Source of the DNA: a virus
Lineage: Duplodnaviria; Heunggongvirae; Uroviricota; Caudoviricetes
DNA: 64,000 bases
IMG/VR virus record: IMGVR_UViG_3300039155_000018
Coordinates: 1 to 64,000 of that record
Strand: one strand, 5' to 3'
A model generated the notes under the pieces. That model had not been told where the DNA came from. It did no database searches and worked only from the letters and a program-made list of their open reading frames with translations. Of this stretch, positions 9,362 to 18,561 are shown one piece after another (the stretch's first letter is position 1; each line of letters starts with the position of its first letter). The position numbers and the translations under genes were made by a program.

Positions 9362-9895
9362 ATGACAGAAGAGATGAAGTGCAAAAGTATTATTGAGAAG
9401 CATGAACGGGATATATCCAAATGGCAGCGCATGATTGAAAATGCCCGAGGTGCGATTGAATATCAGAAGAAAAAGATACTCAGACTGCAAGGATGTAATT
9501 ACTATGTTTATGTGGTATTTGTTGATGCTGAAGTGAAGTATGTTGGGAAAGGTAAGGGTGATAGATATAAACACCCCATCTCAGGCTCATCTTCTTGTGT
9601 GGAACTTAACAGGGACTTCTTCAACGGCAGGTGTATTGAGGTCAGATTTGCTGGGGAGAATTTGACTGAAGATAAAGCATTAAACATGGAACGCGATCTG
9701 CTGTATTCACTGGGATACAATGAAGTGGGTTTGTATAACAAAGATATACCTAGAACACTGAATAGGGACGGTATTTTCTGGGACTGCGGCGATGATGGGA
9801 TATACAAACTAACATCTCACGCTTGTTCGAATAGACCGTGTTGTGAAGTTGTAAAACCTATAGACAGGACACCAACGCCTGAATGCTATGACTGA
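9362..9895 (+). CDS. GIY-YIG homing endonuclease
   Basis: It carries YVYVVF followed 10 aa later by KYVGKGKGDRYKH, the GIY-(10-11)-YIG pattern with a conserved Arg/His. It is a free-standing gene behind a terminator. Confidence 0.6.
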   Translation: MTEEMKCKSIIEKHERDISKWQRMIENARGAIEYQKKKILRLQGCNYYVYVVFVDAEVKYVGKGKGDRYKHPISGSSSCVELNRDFFNGRCIEVRFAGENLTEDKALNMERDLLYSLGYNEVGLYNKDIPRTLNRDGIFWDCGDDGIYKLTSHACSNRPCCEVVKPIDRTPTPECYD

Positions 9896-10529
9896 ACAAT
9901 ACAAATATATCAAAGAATTCAGAGTGGACGACATTCCCAAATATGACAACCTGTTTATCAGAGATGGTGAACAGGTATTTGTCGTCAATAAACATACAGG
10001 AGAAATATCGTCAACTCTGTCCATTGCAGAATATGTCAAAACATGGAGAACAGAATGGGAGAATAACCCTACATTCAGGGCTTACTACCAAGACAAACTG
10101 ACATTTCCAACAGACCCAGACAAGGCAGAGACACTTGAAGAGCTAAGGCGATTATGTTCAGACAAGACAAGGCTCAGACGAGGGGATGAGAGATTTCTTC
10201 TAGACTTCATGCTGAGAGACTTACTGAGCACAACAGAGATGAAGCTATTCACCCACCTAACCAAGTGCGTAGAAGTGTGGAACTACGCTGTTGTGGACTA
10301 TTCCAATATCCCCTCAGTGCTAGACGTATCAGAACGCCAAGTACGCAATCTGTGGAGAGGCCTACAAGAGAAGGGGATGATAGCTATATTGAATACACAA
10401 TTCCATACTCCTCAAGGATGGAGGTACTTGGTGAAGGTACACCCTATGATCTTTTGGGAAGGAAGGTACTCTGCATGGGCTGCTAAGTGCAAAGCCGAGT
10501 ACGAATATGAAGACGCAATTACCCTCTGA
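9888..10529 (+). CDS. hypothetical protein
   Basis: A 213-aa ORF with an ATGA overlap to the endonuclease gene. Confidence 0.45.
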   Translation: MTEQYKYIKEFRVDDIPKYDNLFIRDGEQVFVVNKHTGEISSTLSIAEYVKTWRTEWENNPTFRAYYQDKLTFPTDPDKAETLEELRRLCSDKTRLRRGDERFLLDFMLRDLLSTTEMKLFTHLTKCVEVWNYAVVDYSNIPSVLDVSERQVRNLWRGLQEKGMIAILNTQFHTPQGWRYLVKVHPMIFWEGRYSAWAAKCKAEYEYEDAITL

Positions 10530-10704
10530 AATGCTCCAGCCATATTCGCGGAAATTCAATTTCCTCAAATTTCTCTCCAGCCTTAGTGCCGTAGGGGGCA
10601 AGTGATTACCATACAGTATATAAGAGTTATCTCAGAAGGAAATGATATAGAATAGGTAGTATAAAGCCTAATACTCCGTATTAGAGGTACATCCTAAGCA
10701 TTAT

Positions 10705-10741
10705 AAAGCCTCCTTGCTTATGTAGGGAGGCTTTCTTTTGT
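10705..10741 (+). terminator. rho-independent terminator closing the + strand block
   Basis: The stem AAAGCCTCC ... GGGAGGCTTT is followed by CTTTTG. Confidence 0.6.
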
Positions 10742-10746
10742 GTTTA

Positions 10747-11016
10747 AAATATCCTAGTGCGATGCACCAATAGGACATCCCTCCCCATCATTCTAAACCC
10801 CCTCTAAATATCCTCTCGTAGTATTCAGTGTCTTAGGAAATATCCTTATGGGAATATCTAGTGTCCTAGAAGGGTACGTTTCTGGGAACCAGATATCTAT
10901 CAGCTAACAGCTCTAACAGCTGCGACTATCCTTAAAATCTCGGATATCTATCTGAGGTGCTTAGCACTACCCACAAATGAGAACCACCCTCATCTGATGA
11001 TCTAGAAATATCTAAG
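10747..11016. repeat. array of about 8 (A)ATATC(C/T) motifs in an ORF-free region
   Basis: The motif occurs at approximately 10747, 10807, 10839, 10852, 10892, 10943 and 11007, with a related ACTATCC at 10924. Confidence 0.6.
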
Positions 11017-11663
11017 ACTTATTCCTATTCTCACCTTGTACGTATTCAGTACACTTCAAGGGTATTCCACCTTCAGTCATACCCTGAAGTCTCACATGTG
11101 ATAATTAAGGGTTATCTTATGTGAGAGGGTATATGACAGGGATAGTGACCTTTTGAGCGTTCCACTCGATTCAGTAGTACGTAATGGCACGAATGATCCT
11201 AGAGTGTGGTTTGAAGGGTAGTGATGGGATTAGGAGGGGTTATAGCTATCTGCATTGCAGATGAGAGGGGGGTGAGAGTGACACTAGAGTGGCATATTGG
11301 GATGCTAGAGCGCAGAATGCGCGAGCTTGGGACGGTTAGGCTTAACAACCAACTGTCGTTGTTGTACGCCTTCCCGATAGCCTAATGGGAGAAATAGACA
11401 TCCCTAAAGGCACGCCTTTAAACATACCCGCCTAAGCGTAGAACGCTTGCAGGAAGGCTTAGAGACGTTTAGAGGGTGTGGCTGTAGGGAGCTATAGACT
11501 AAGCGTTATACGCTTGAATGAGGGGCTTGTAGGAGGATAGTTAGAGTGCTACGAAAGGAGGGTAAAGAGAGGCTATAAGAGGAAGGGTGGATAGATGTTT
11601 GATTAGTTAAACACAAAGTAAATAATTATGGACAGAGGGACAGGGAGTATTTAGCAGACAAAG

Positions 11664-11692
11664 AAAAGCCCCCTAACAGGGGCTTTGTTTAG
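11664..11692. terminator. bidirectional rho-independent terminator
   Basis: The stem AAAGCCCC / GGGGCTTT has T-runs on both sides. It sits at the stop of the - strand gene 11689..12012. Confidence 0.6.
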
Positions 11693-12012
11693 ACTAGATC
11701 AGAAACTTTGAAGTTAAATACCTTATTCATCTTGTACACTCTCACGCTAAAGCTCCCGTTATTAAAAACCTTGGTTACTTCACCCTCTAGGGTCTCGGGG
11801 TAAGACTTGGTAAACCAATGCCAATCTTTAGGAAAACTATTGTTAACCACTACTTTATAACCCACTCCTACAGCCATGCTTTCTTCTTTAGCTTGATACT
11901 GGACAACCCACCCTCCTACAAGCCTGCTACTCCCGATACTCTTTTCGCCTTTCTGAGCATCGTAGAATGCCTTAGCTTCCTTGTAGTTGGTGAAGGTCTT
12001 GAGTGTGTTCAT
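11689..12012 (-). CDS. hypothetical protein
   Basis: A 107-aa ORF and the last gene of the - strand block. Confidence 0.45.
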   Translation of the reverse strand: MNTLKTFTNYKEAKAFYDAQKGEKSIGSSRLVGGWVVQYQAKEESMAVGVGYKVVVNNSFPKDWHWFTKSYPETLEGEVTKVFNNGSFSVRVYKMNKVFNFKVSDLV

Positions 12013-12164
12013 GGTGTCTTTCCTTTAGGTTGTTTGCTTCGTTGGAGCTATATTCTCAAAAGCTGACCCCACTCGTCAACACATTTTTGAAAGATTTTCA
12101 GAGAGACGCCAGAAAGCCCCAGAAAGGGGCTTTGTTATTAGGTTTGATTGTTAACAGTGTCAAG

Positions 12165-12362
12165 CTATTTGTTTAAGGAATGTTGAGAAATAATCTTAGA
12201 TACGTCAGAGGCATACCAATAGCCTTTAGTCGGTTGGTACATAGACTCTAGCTTGTCACTAGCTACCTTAAGCATTTCTTCCGTGTTGTGCCCTGCATTC
12301 CAGAACATAATTAGGGCCGTGCGCTTGTTGATTCCCATCTCTTGAACATTCATCTTCACCAC
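12165..12362 (-). CDS. hypothetical protein
   Basis: A 65-aa ORF. Confidence 0.35.
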   Translation of the reverse strand: MVKMNVQEMGINKRTALIMFWNAGHNTEEMLKVASDKLESMYQPTKGYWYASDVSKIISQHSLNK

Positions 12363-12601
12363 CCCTCACATTACAAGCTGAATAAAAGACATTACAGAGC
12401 TAATGAACAGCATACCAGCAAGATTTAGGAAGCCAGTCAGTAGGCGGGTTTCTTGGACCATTGCAATTTGGCGGGAGGACATTGGCTTGGTTCCGTTGTT
12501 TGTTTCGATAGGAGAGATTCTAGAGACTTCACCCTGAGCTGTCAAGCTATTTTTGTAAGATTTTTACAGATGAAAGAAAGCCCGCTTTATGCGGGCTTGT
12601 C

Positions 12602-12820
12602 TCACTCCTTAAACGGATTATAAAGAAACTTCAAAGCCTTACCATTGCGAGTGATAGAACCGTCGCTAGCAGTGTAGTACGTACCGGAGTTGAAAGCCAG
12701 AGAATCAAGGCGCTTATATTCCGATTTGCTGATGCGCTGCAAACCTTCCTTTGTTCCTTTATAATAAGTGGTTTTACCATTGTCCCGATTAAACACACGC
12801 ACCACTTCAACGGAATACAT
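12602..12820 (-). CDS. hypothetical protein
   Basis: A 72-aa ORF followed by the hairpin AAAGCCCGC/GCGGGCTT at 12578-12600 and a T-rich tract on the - strand. Confidence 0.4.
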   Translation of the reverse strand: MYSVEVVRVFNRDNGKTTYYKGTKEGLQRISKSEYKRLDSLAFNSGTYYTASDGSITRNGKALKFLYNPFKE

Positions 12821-12896
12821 AGTCCAGCCCTTTGGTTGTTTAGTGTTTCCAGCGAAGCGGACCGCATTTGATCCGCTTGACTTGAGACACTGTAGG

Positions 12897-13268
12897 TTAT
12901 TCGTCGTGCTCTTCCTCGCTTTCCAGCTCTTCTAGTTCATCCTCAAGGTCGGCCAGTTCGCTTACCAGTTCGTCCAGACGTTCGGTCATATCGTTATACT
13001 CTTCAAAATCTTCATTGTCACGGCTGCTAGCCCAATCAGAGAAACCCACACGGAAAGCTACAGGGTCAACCATTTCTAGTGCATAGCTGGCCCTGTAAGA
13101 CATTCCGCAAATTTCAACCTCGCCATAAACATCATCTATCATGTCAACATAGTCGGATTCGTCACAGTGGTCACAAGGGTCGAAGTTGTCAATCTCGATT
13201 TTCAGGGCGGTAATTTCGGATTCGATGGATTCGATACGGGCTTTGATAGTGTCAACGATGTTGGTCAT
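12897..13268 (-). CDS. highly acidic coiled-coil protein
   Basis: The start was taken at the internal ATG after AAGGAAGAAAG. The C-terminal third is almost all D/E (DLEDELEELESEEEHDE). Confidence 0.4.
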   Translation of the reverse strand: MTNIVDTIKARIESIESEITALKIEIDNFDPCDHCDESDYVDMIDDVYGEVEICGMSYRASYALEMVDPVAFRVGFSDWASSRDNEDFEEYNDMTERLDELVSELADLEDELEELESEEEHDE

Positions 13269-13349
13269 TTTCTTTCTTCCTTTAGGCTGGGAGACCGTTT
13301 GCCTCCCTTGTGGCTGCCATTCTACAGCGTTCCGCCAGCGTGTCAACCC

Positions 13350-13985
13350 CTAAACTGAGAAAATTTTCAGAGCTAGAACGATGACCAACAGCCACCCGCC
13401 GACAGTCTTTACAATCTCCCACCAATCGACGTTGGATAACCTTCCAGAAGGCGCCAGAAGCCCTTCCCGCTCTAGCTGTCGGATGGCCTGTAGGCTAGGC
13501 TGAATACCTAGCGAAAGCGCCAGCATGGGGAATTTATCAGCGTTAGCTTTGACGTATCCCAGATGTTCTTCCTTTTCGACTTCATCCCTCTCATCTGGGG
13601 AGAGGCTAGCCATAAAGGAGGCATGACGCTTCGACTCTAATTGATAGTGCAGATGAGCATAATCGTCAGCACTAACGTCTAAGGAATGTTTGTGCAATAG
13701 CTCGCACAATTCATCCAATTCATCAATGTCGATACGCTTTTGTTTTGAAGCTTTCCAGAGTCTGGCTAGTGCGGCTTTTGTTTCGTCAATCTGACCGAAC
13801 AAAGCGACGTTTGCAGCGCCGTTGGGTGTGTACAGGTCCGTCTCACTATAAATTTCTCCTGTGGATTTGTCATAAGACAGACCTACAGACCCACCGCCGT
13901 CCCGTCTACGAATCCCAGCGCCGCCATGGTATTGATCGGAGGCAGCACCCACCCAAGTCGGTACAATATAAAGACGTTCGCCCAT
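13350..13985 (-). CDS. tail-anchored membrane protein
   Basis: A 211-aa ORF with a single C-terminal TM helix (WLLVIVLALKIF) and a Gly-rich N-terminus. Confidence 0.4.
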   Translation of the reverse strand: MGERLYIVPTWVGAASDQYHGGAGIRRRDGGGSVGLSYDKSTGEIYSETDLYTPNGAANVALFGQIDETKAALARLWKASKQKRIDIDELDELCELLHKHSLDVSADDYAHLHYQLESKRHASFMASLSPDERDEVEKEEHLGYVKANADKFPMLALSLGIQPSLQAIRQLEREGLLAPSGRLSNVDWWEIVKTVGGWLLVIVLALKIFSV

Positions 13986-14222
13986 ATCCCAGCCTTATAT
14001 TTCAGACAAAAGAAAGCCCGACACAAAGCCGGGCCTTACATTTTACAGCTTAGCTTATTCAGCCGTTTGCCACACGTTACGCTTACTTTGCCGCATCTTG
14101 CGAAACTCAGTGTGCCGCTTTTTCTCTTGGCGGCGCTCTTGTTCATAGCTCCAATCACTGGAAAATTGTTTGGCGTTGGCTTGTTTCATTTTGTCTACTC
14201 CATAATTCAGACAGTTTTGGTT

Positions 14223-14630
14223 TTATTTTTGCAGCACATAAATCAGGCAATCGTCACCCAAATAAAGGTCAAAGCCTTTATAGATTGCTACGAGCATCCC
14301 GTGTCGGTCACACATGCTGGACAGCTTTTCAGCGGCAGGGGAGTCGGTAAAGTCGAAGAATCCTACCCCATGCCCATTGGTGGAAAGCCAGAAAGTATGC
14401 CCTGCCTGCTCGAAATCTCTATTCGTGTCATCCACAAACTGATAAAACAGTCGTTCTTGTTCGTCAAAGGCTTTAGCGGCGTACGCTTCTAACTTTTCTC
14501 GCTCATCCGCTGCAAACTCGAATCCGTCGTCTAGGTTCACATCATCGCCTGTTTCGGGATGAGTGTCAACGGACGACCACAATGCGGTGGAAATGTAACC
14601 TTGGATGAATGCTTGTTTATCGTTGTTCAT
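14223..14630 (-). CDS. hypothetical protein
   Basis: A 135-aa ORF followed at about 14015-14040 by a GCCCGGC/GCCGGGC hairpin and a T-tract. Confidence 0.45.
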   Translation of the reverse strand: MNNDKQAFIQGYISTALWSSVDTHPETGDDVNLDDGFEFAADEREKLEAYAAKAFDEQERLFYQFVDDTNRDFEQAGHTFWLSTNGHGVGFFDFTDSPAAEKLSSMCDRHGMLVAIYKGFDLYLGDDCLIYVLQK

Positions 14631-14760
14631 AAATGCCGCCTATTAAACCAATTTAAACGGATTAGGCTTTTCCAGCCTTTCGTGTGACCTATTCTACAGC
14701 CTGTTTTGCTTCCGTCTAATGAAGGTTTTCTATAGCTCTTCACTTAGGCGATAGACTGTC

Positions 14761-14979
14761 TTAATAGCTGGCGCACAAATCTACAGGTGTAAACTTTTTA
14801 CAGCTAGTGGTAGCTGTCGTCACCTCATAGCGGGACGGGCACTTAACAAGCATCTGCCTATGAGGCATAGGGCAGGCAGCGGGAGAAACTGACCACTGAT
14901 AGGAATACTGTGCTTCCGGTGTTGCATTTGCAATCGAAAAGCCTACAGACAAAGCCAGAAACGCGAGCATCTTTTTCAT
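14761..14979 (-). CDS. small secreted Cys-rich protein
   Basis: Taking the start at MKKMLAFLALSVGFSIANA gives a signal peptide. The mature part of about 50 aa has 6 Cys. Confidence 0.35.
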   Translation of the reverse strand: MKKMLAFLALSVGFSIANATPEAQYSYQWSVSPAACPMPHRQMLVKCPSRYEVTTATTSCKKFTPVDLCASY

Positions 14980-15494
14980 ACAGCCACCACCTGCCACTCG
15001 CCATTAATGCGGGAAAGTTTACACTTGATGCCTTCACGCACGGCTTTGACATAGTGCATTTGAAAAGCCAGACGATGATCGGTAGTCGAGAAAATCAGCA
15101 TTGGCGGAGCCTCGATTTTTGTTCCTTGTTGGCGCTCATTCTACCGCCTGTGTTTTCTTTGTCAACACCAGAGAAAAGAAAATTTTCTTTTGCTTCCCTG
15201 TTCTTTCGACCATAAGAAGGACCGCGCGCGAATAACACAACGCCCGGGAGGCTGTCAACCAGAAATTGCAAATTCTTTCATTGGCAAGCGTCGGGCTATA
15301 CAGGAACAGCGGACAAAAGAAAGCCAGCCAACAAGCATGAAGCTCGGAGGCTGGCCGCCTGGCGGCGCTAAAATTTCTTCGGAAAATAAATCGCACCCGG
15401 TTCTTTTAAAAATGTCCCGAGTCCTAGATAGTTTCGATCAAGTCCTCGCAAATCCGTCGAGTCCCCGGTTCTTTTCTATCAATTCCTAGACTTT

Positions 15495-15537
15495 GAACGA
15501 GTCCTTGGGATTTTGAAAACCAATCAAGGACTCGTTC
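15495..15537. promoter_or_regulatory. perfect 13-bp inverted repeat GAACGAGTCCTTG ... CAAGGACTCGTTC (17-bp spacer) in an ORF-free region
   Basis: Read directly in the sequence. The half-site GAGTCCT recurs 3 more times upstream (15417-15475). Confidence 0.5.
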
Positions 15538-15630
15538 AGTGGGGCGAAAGCGCCAGCGTAAATATTCTACTCCGCACCATACTGTCTTATCCCTTCCACC
15601 CGCCAACAAAGGCATCAACTCCTAAACGTC

Positions 15631-15987
15631 TCAGGTCCAGTAGATTTGCTTAATGTTCTTCTTTGACTTAATCAACGAGTAGCAAACCAAGCATGGACTA
15701 GACGGCATTGGTCTACCATTAGCTCCAACTCTAGCCACATACAAAGAATGTCCTCGATTCCTCTTGTCTTTTAGGACAGCGTGGAATTCTGCATGTCTGT
15801 ACTCTTTCCCGTCAACTCCTAACTTTTGGCTCAGGTTCTTCATAGTCGGATGAGTACAAGAATACGAGTTAAACCCCTCAGATACAATCTTCCCACGCTT
15901 ATCCACCACAATGGCGTAGTGTCGTTGTTGATGTCTAACGTATGGGATTTCTTTGGCTTTCTGCAAGCAATAATCAAGATGTTTCAC
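15631..15987 (-). CDS. CDA-fold zinc deaminase (dCMP/cytidine/TadA-like)
   Basis: It carries HAEFHAV and PCLVCY, the H(A/C)E ... PCxxC zinc-binding signature of the cytidine/deoxycytidylate deaminase superfamily. At 118 aa it is much shorter than T4 dCMP deaminase. Confidence 0.55.
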   Translation of the reverse strand: MKHLDYCLQKAKEIPYVRHQQRHYAIVVDKRGKIVSEGFNSYSCTHPTMKNLSQKLGVDGKEYRHAEFHAVLKDKRNRGHSLYVARVGANGRPMPSSPCLVCYSLIKSKKNIKQIYWT

Positions 15988-16212
15988 TTAATACTTTCCA
16001 CTCAACTCAAGTTGGAACATTCTCTTATCCGCCAAGGCGGTCATTAGCTGCCTTACACGGAGTTCTTCTGAGAAGGGCACACCCTTCCCTATAAGATACC
16101 CTTGCAGCGCCCCTTGATACCACGTTAAGGAATGTTGTGTTGGTGCCCTTATAATGGAGTCAAGGCAATAGTGGATGTTTTTGTAATGGGGGTCTTTGTT
16201 CCAGCCTAACAC
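15988..16212 (-). CDS. hypothetical protein
   Basis: A 74-aa ORF. Confidence 0.35.
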   Translation of the reverse strand: MLGWNKDPHYKNIHYCLDSIIRAPTQHSLTWYQGALQGYLIGKGVPFSEELRVRQLMTALADKRMFQLELSGKY

Positions 16213-16490
16213 TCGTCATAAACCTTTAGTTCGAGTTCGGAGACAGGGATTACTTCCAAGACCAAAACCTTTAAAACGTGGCGGATGTCCTCTAAGTCTA
16301 GCGCATCTTGATTGAGGATTTCCATAAGTTCTTTGTGTTTTCTGATTACATTGAGGCGGTTGTAAACCATTCCTTTTTCTTTCCAATTCTGAAACTTTTC
16401 TGACATACCAAGCCCTCCACTGTTTGTTTTGATGGACATAAGATAGGACAAAGCCCCGAAGCATGTCAAGAAGAATTTTCGTCTCTTCAC
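16206..16490 (-). CDS. hypothetical protein
   Basis: A 94-aa ORF. The real start may be the internal MSEKF. Confidence 0.35.
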   Translation of the reverse strand: MKRRKFFLTCFGALSYLMSIKTNSGGLGMSEKFQNWKEKGMVYNRLNVIRKHKELMEILNQDALDLEDIRHVLKVLVLEVIPVSELELKVYDEC

Positions 16491-16507
16491 ACATTCAGGG
16501 CTTTGTT

Positions 16508-16804
16508 TTAACGTTCTAGGAAGATGAGTCCTTCCTTGATTTTCTGTTTCATCTCAGAATCTCGTTCTTCCCCGCTCTTGGGAGAAAGTTGTCGATTCTG
16601 AATCTCCTCTTTACTCTGTTCAAAGCTTGGTAGACGACTGCGCTCGATTTGGTTCCGAGGTCCATACCCCGGTTGTACCCACAGAGAGTAGGCAACACCC
16701 ATCACAGTTACAATTACCACAGGTTTCCAATTCTTTTTCTTCCAAGACACCCAAGCTGCTAGAAGAATCAGAACGGGAACCATGATATTCAAAAGGAGTG
16801 CCAT
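16508..16804 (-). CDS. small integral membrane protein (NfeD-like partner candidate)
   Basis: It has two N-terminal TM helices (IMVPVLILLAAWV and PVVIVTVMGVAYSLWV) and lies immediately downstream of the SPFH-like gene. Confidence 0.4.
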   Translation of the reverse strand: MALLLNIMVPVLILLAAWVSWKKKNWKPVVIVTVMGVAYSLWVQPGYGPRNQIERSRLPSFEQSKEEIQNRQLSPKSGEERDSEMKQKIKEGLIFLER

Positions 16805-16816
16805 AGTCCCAACCTC

Positions 16817-17707
16817 TTACTTGTTCATGTGGAAGACAGGAAGAGGCTTACCTTCACCACCCATGATCGTGGTAGGCAGACGACCATCCCACTTCTCAGC
16901 TTCGATCTTACGAATCTCTAGTTCGCGCAGCTTCAGGACACGCGGGTCAACAGATTCTGCAAGGGTACGTTGTGCCATTGCTTCAGTTTCAGCACGTTCC
17001 TTCTCAATGGCACGTTGCAGACGAGCCTCTTGTAGCTCGCGTTCCAGCTTCACCTTAGAGATTTGCAGTTGAGCCTCTTCCTGTTGGATGGCTTCACGAC
17101 GCTCTGCTGCTGCTTCTTGTGCATTAGTAATGATTTTCGGATAGCGGATATCAGTCACACCCACGAATCGAACAGAGAATGGGGTACGCTCTTCAATCAC
17201 CTTGCTAATGTTGTTTCGCAGATCAGCATTAATCTTTTCATTGCTAGAAGCAATCTCCCCGATACTAAACTTGCTCAGGTATTCGCGCACCTGCGCTTGA
17301 ACAATCTGTGCAGCGTAAGTTTTGTAAACAGTGGCACTATCAATTACAGAGACATAATTGCTTTGTTGTTGCGGAGAAAGAGACGCAAACAGTTCCTCAG
17401 TCTTACGCGGGTTGATTGACAGCGTGGTACGAACCACAACATCCAGATTCAGCTTATCTTCAGGAATGAAGATAGTTAGGTTTTCAGTGTAAGTTTTGTC
17501 AGAAGCATCGAGCAGGACCAGCCGATCACAGTAGGCCACACAAGGTTCCAGTCGAAACTTGGAAGTGGGGATCAGGGTTTCCTGATAACCACTCTTGGTC
17601 ATGATCTTACCTACGTGAGCAGGCGGCACCTCTACAGCCTCGCCACAGCCTACCAGAATGCTTGCTGCAAGAGCCAGAGCACCAAATTTAACCATTTTCA
17701 TATTCAC
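16817..17707 (-). CDS. SPFH/band-7 (stomatin/prohibitin)-like lipoprotein
   Basis: The signal peptide has a lipobox (LVGC). The C-terminal region is an Ala/Glu/Arg/Gln-rich coiled coil of the kind found in band-7 proteins. Confidence 0.4.
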   Translation of the reverse strand: MNMKMVKFGALALAASILVGCGEAVEVPPAHVGKIMTKSGYQETLIPTSKFRLEPCVAYCDRLVLLDASDKTYTENLTIFIPEDKLNLDVVVRTTLSINPRKTEELFASLSPQQQSNYVSVIDSATVYKTYAAQIVQAQVREYLSKFSIGEIASSNEKINADLRNNISKVIEERTPFSVRFVGVTDIRYPKIITNAQEAAAERREAIQQEEAQLQISKVKLERELQEARLQRAIEKERAETEAMAQRTLAESVDPRVLKLRELEIRKIEAEKWDGRLPTTIMGGEGKPLPVFHMNK

Positions 17708-17744
17708 TTCTCCTCTTTAGTTAATAATTTGTTTGTTAAGTTTA

Positions 17745-17972
17745 TTACTCAAACCAACCAAGCTCAATCGCCTTGTTCAGAGCATTGATTAGGTTTTGGG
17801 CATCCTCTTCTGAACAGATTCGGAGATCACTCTCCGTTCCGATATCAATCACCGAAACACCCCCATCGGCGCTGTGCAAAATACCACTCGCTGTACGGTA
17901 ATAATCATTATCGTCTGCAAAACGAAGAACACTGATTTCTCCTGCTTGATTGGTGCGAATATCAAATTCCAT
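17745..17972 (-). CDS. hypothetical protein
   Basis: A 75-aa ORF. Confidence 0.4.
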   Translation of the reverse strand: MEFDIRTNQAGEISVLRFADDNDYYRTASGILHSADGGVSVIDIGTESDLRICSEEDAQNLINALNKAIELGWFE

Positions 17973-18007
17973 GTTGTTTCTCCTATCTTATTAATGTTGC
18001 TATAAGT

Positions 18008-18388
18008 TTACACGCTTTCAGGGCGTTGTACAAGCGACTCTTTCCAATCGCAATCTCCGGGGATGAAAGATTTGAAGCTGCAAGCCTCTACCCAATGATG
18101 ACCCTCTTCCCACCTATGATAGCCAGCAGTCGGCTCTTTTTTGTACAAGAAAGCCTCACCATCCGCATCGGTGGCCATCAAGTTATAATCGGGATGTACA
18201 TGGTCCCAATTGATAGAAGGCTTGGTAGGCTCCTTGATGCGGTACTCTATTGCATCCCAATTCCATGAAGCGAGCCGCCCTTCAAGTACCCTCCAGATGT
18301 GCTCGCCCTTCCGCCGAAATTCAACACTCTTCCCCTCCGCAAAAGCTTGCATCACCTCGATAGCTTTCAGGGTTTGTTCTTCGTTCAT
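18008..18388 (-). CDS. hypothetical Trp-rich protein
   Basis: A 126-aa ORF. Confidence 0.45.
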   Translation of the reverse strand: MNEEQTLKAIEVMQAFAEGKSVEFRRKGEHIWRVLEGRLASWNWDAIEYRIKEPTKPSINWDHVHPDYNLMATDADGEAFLYKKEPTAGYHRWEEGHHWVEACSFKSFIPGDCDWKESLVQRPESV

Positions 18389-18400
18389 CTCAGTTCCTCC

Positions 18401-18499
18401 TTAAATGTTGTTGTGAAGCATTGTAGCAGCTTGTTGAGCTACAAGCAATAGTCCTATGAACAAGATAAAACAGATGATCTTTTGAGCTTTAAGAGACAT
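18401..18499 (-). CDS. 32-aa hydrophobic peptide (below the ORF-track cut-off)
   Basis: The product is MSLKAQKIICFILFIGLLLVAQQAATMLHNNI, with GAGGA 8 nt upstream. Confidence 0.25.
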   Translation of the reverse strand: MSLKAQKIICFILFIGLLLVAQQAATMLHNNI

Positions 18500-18561
18500 T
18501 GCCGAGTCCTCTGTGTTTGTATGGGGAGATGATATCAAGTCCTCTACCTCTGGTCAACAAC

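Noticed and set aside
10530-11690. tRNA or tmRNA genes in the ORF-free regions (also checked 44195-44753 and 15000-15630)
   Set aside because: No cloverleaf-compatible segments and no GTTCGAATC-type T-arm motifs were seen by eye. This cannot be excluded without tRNAscan.
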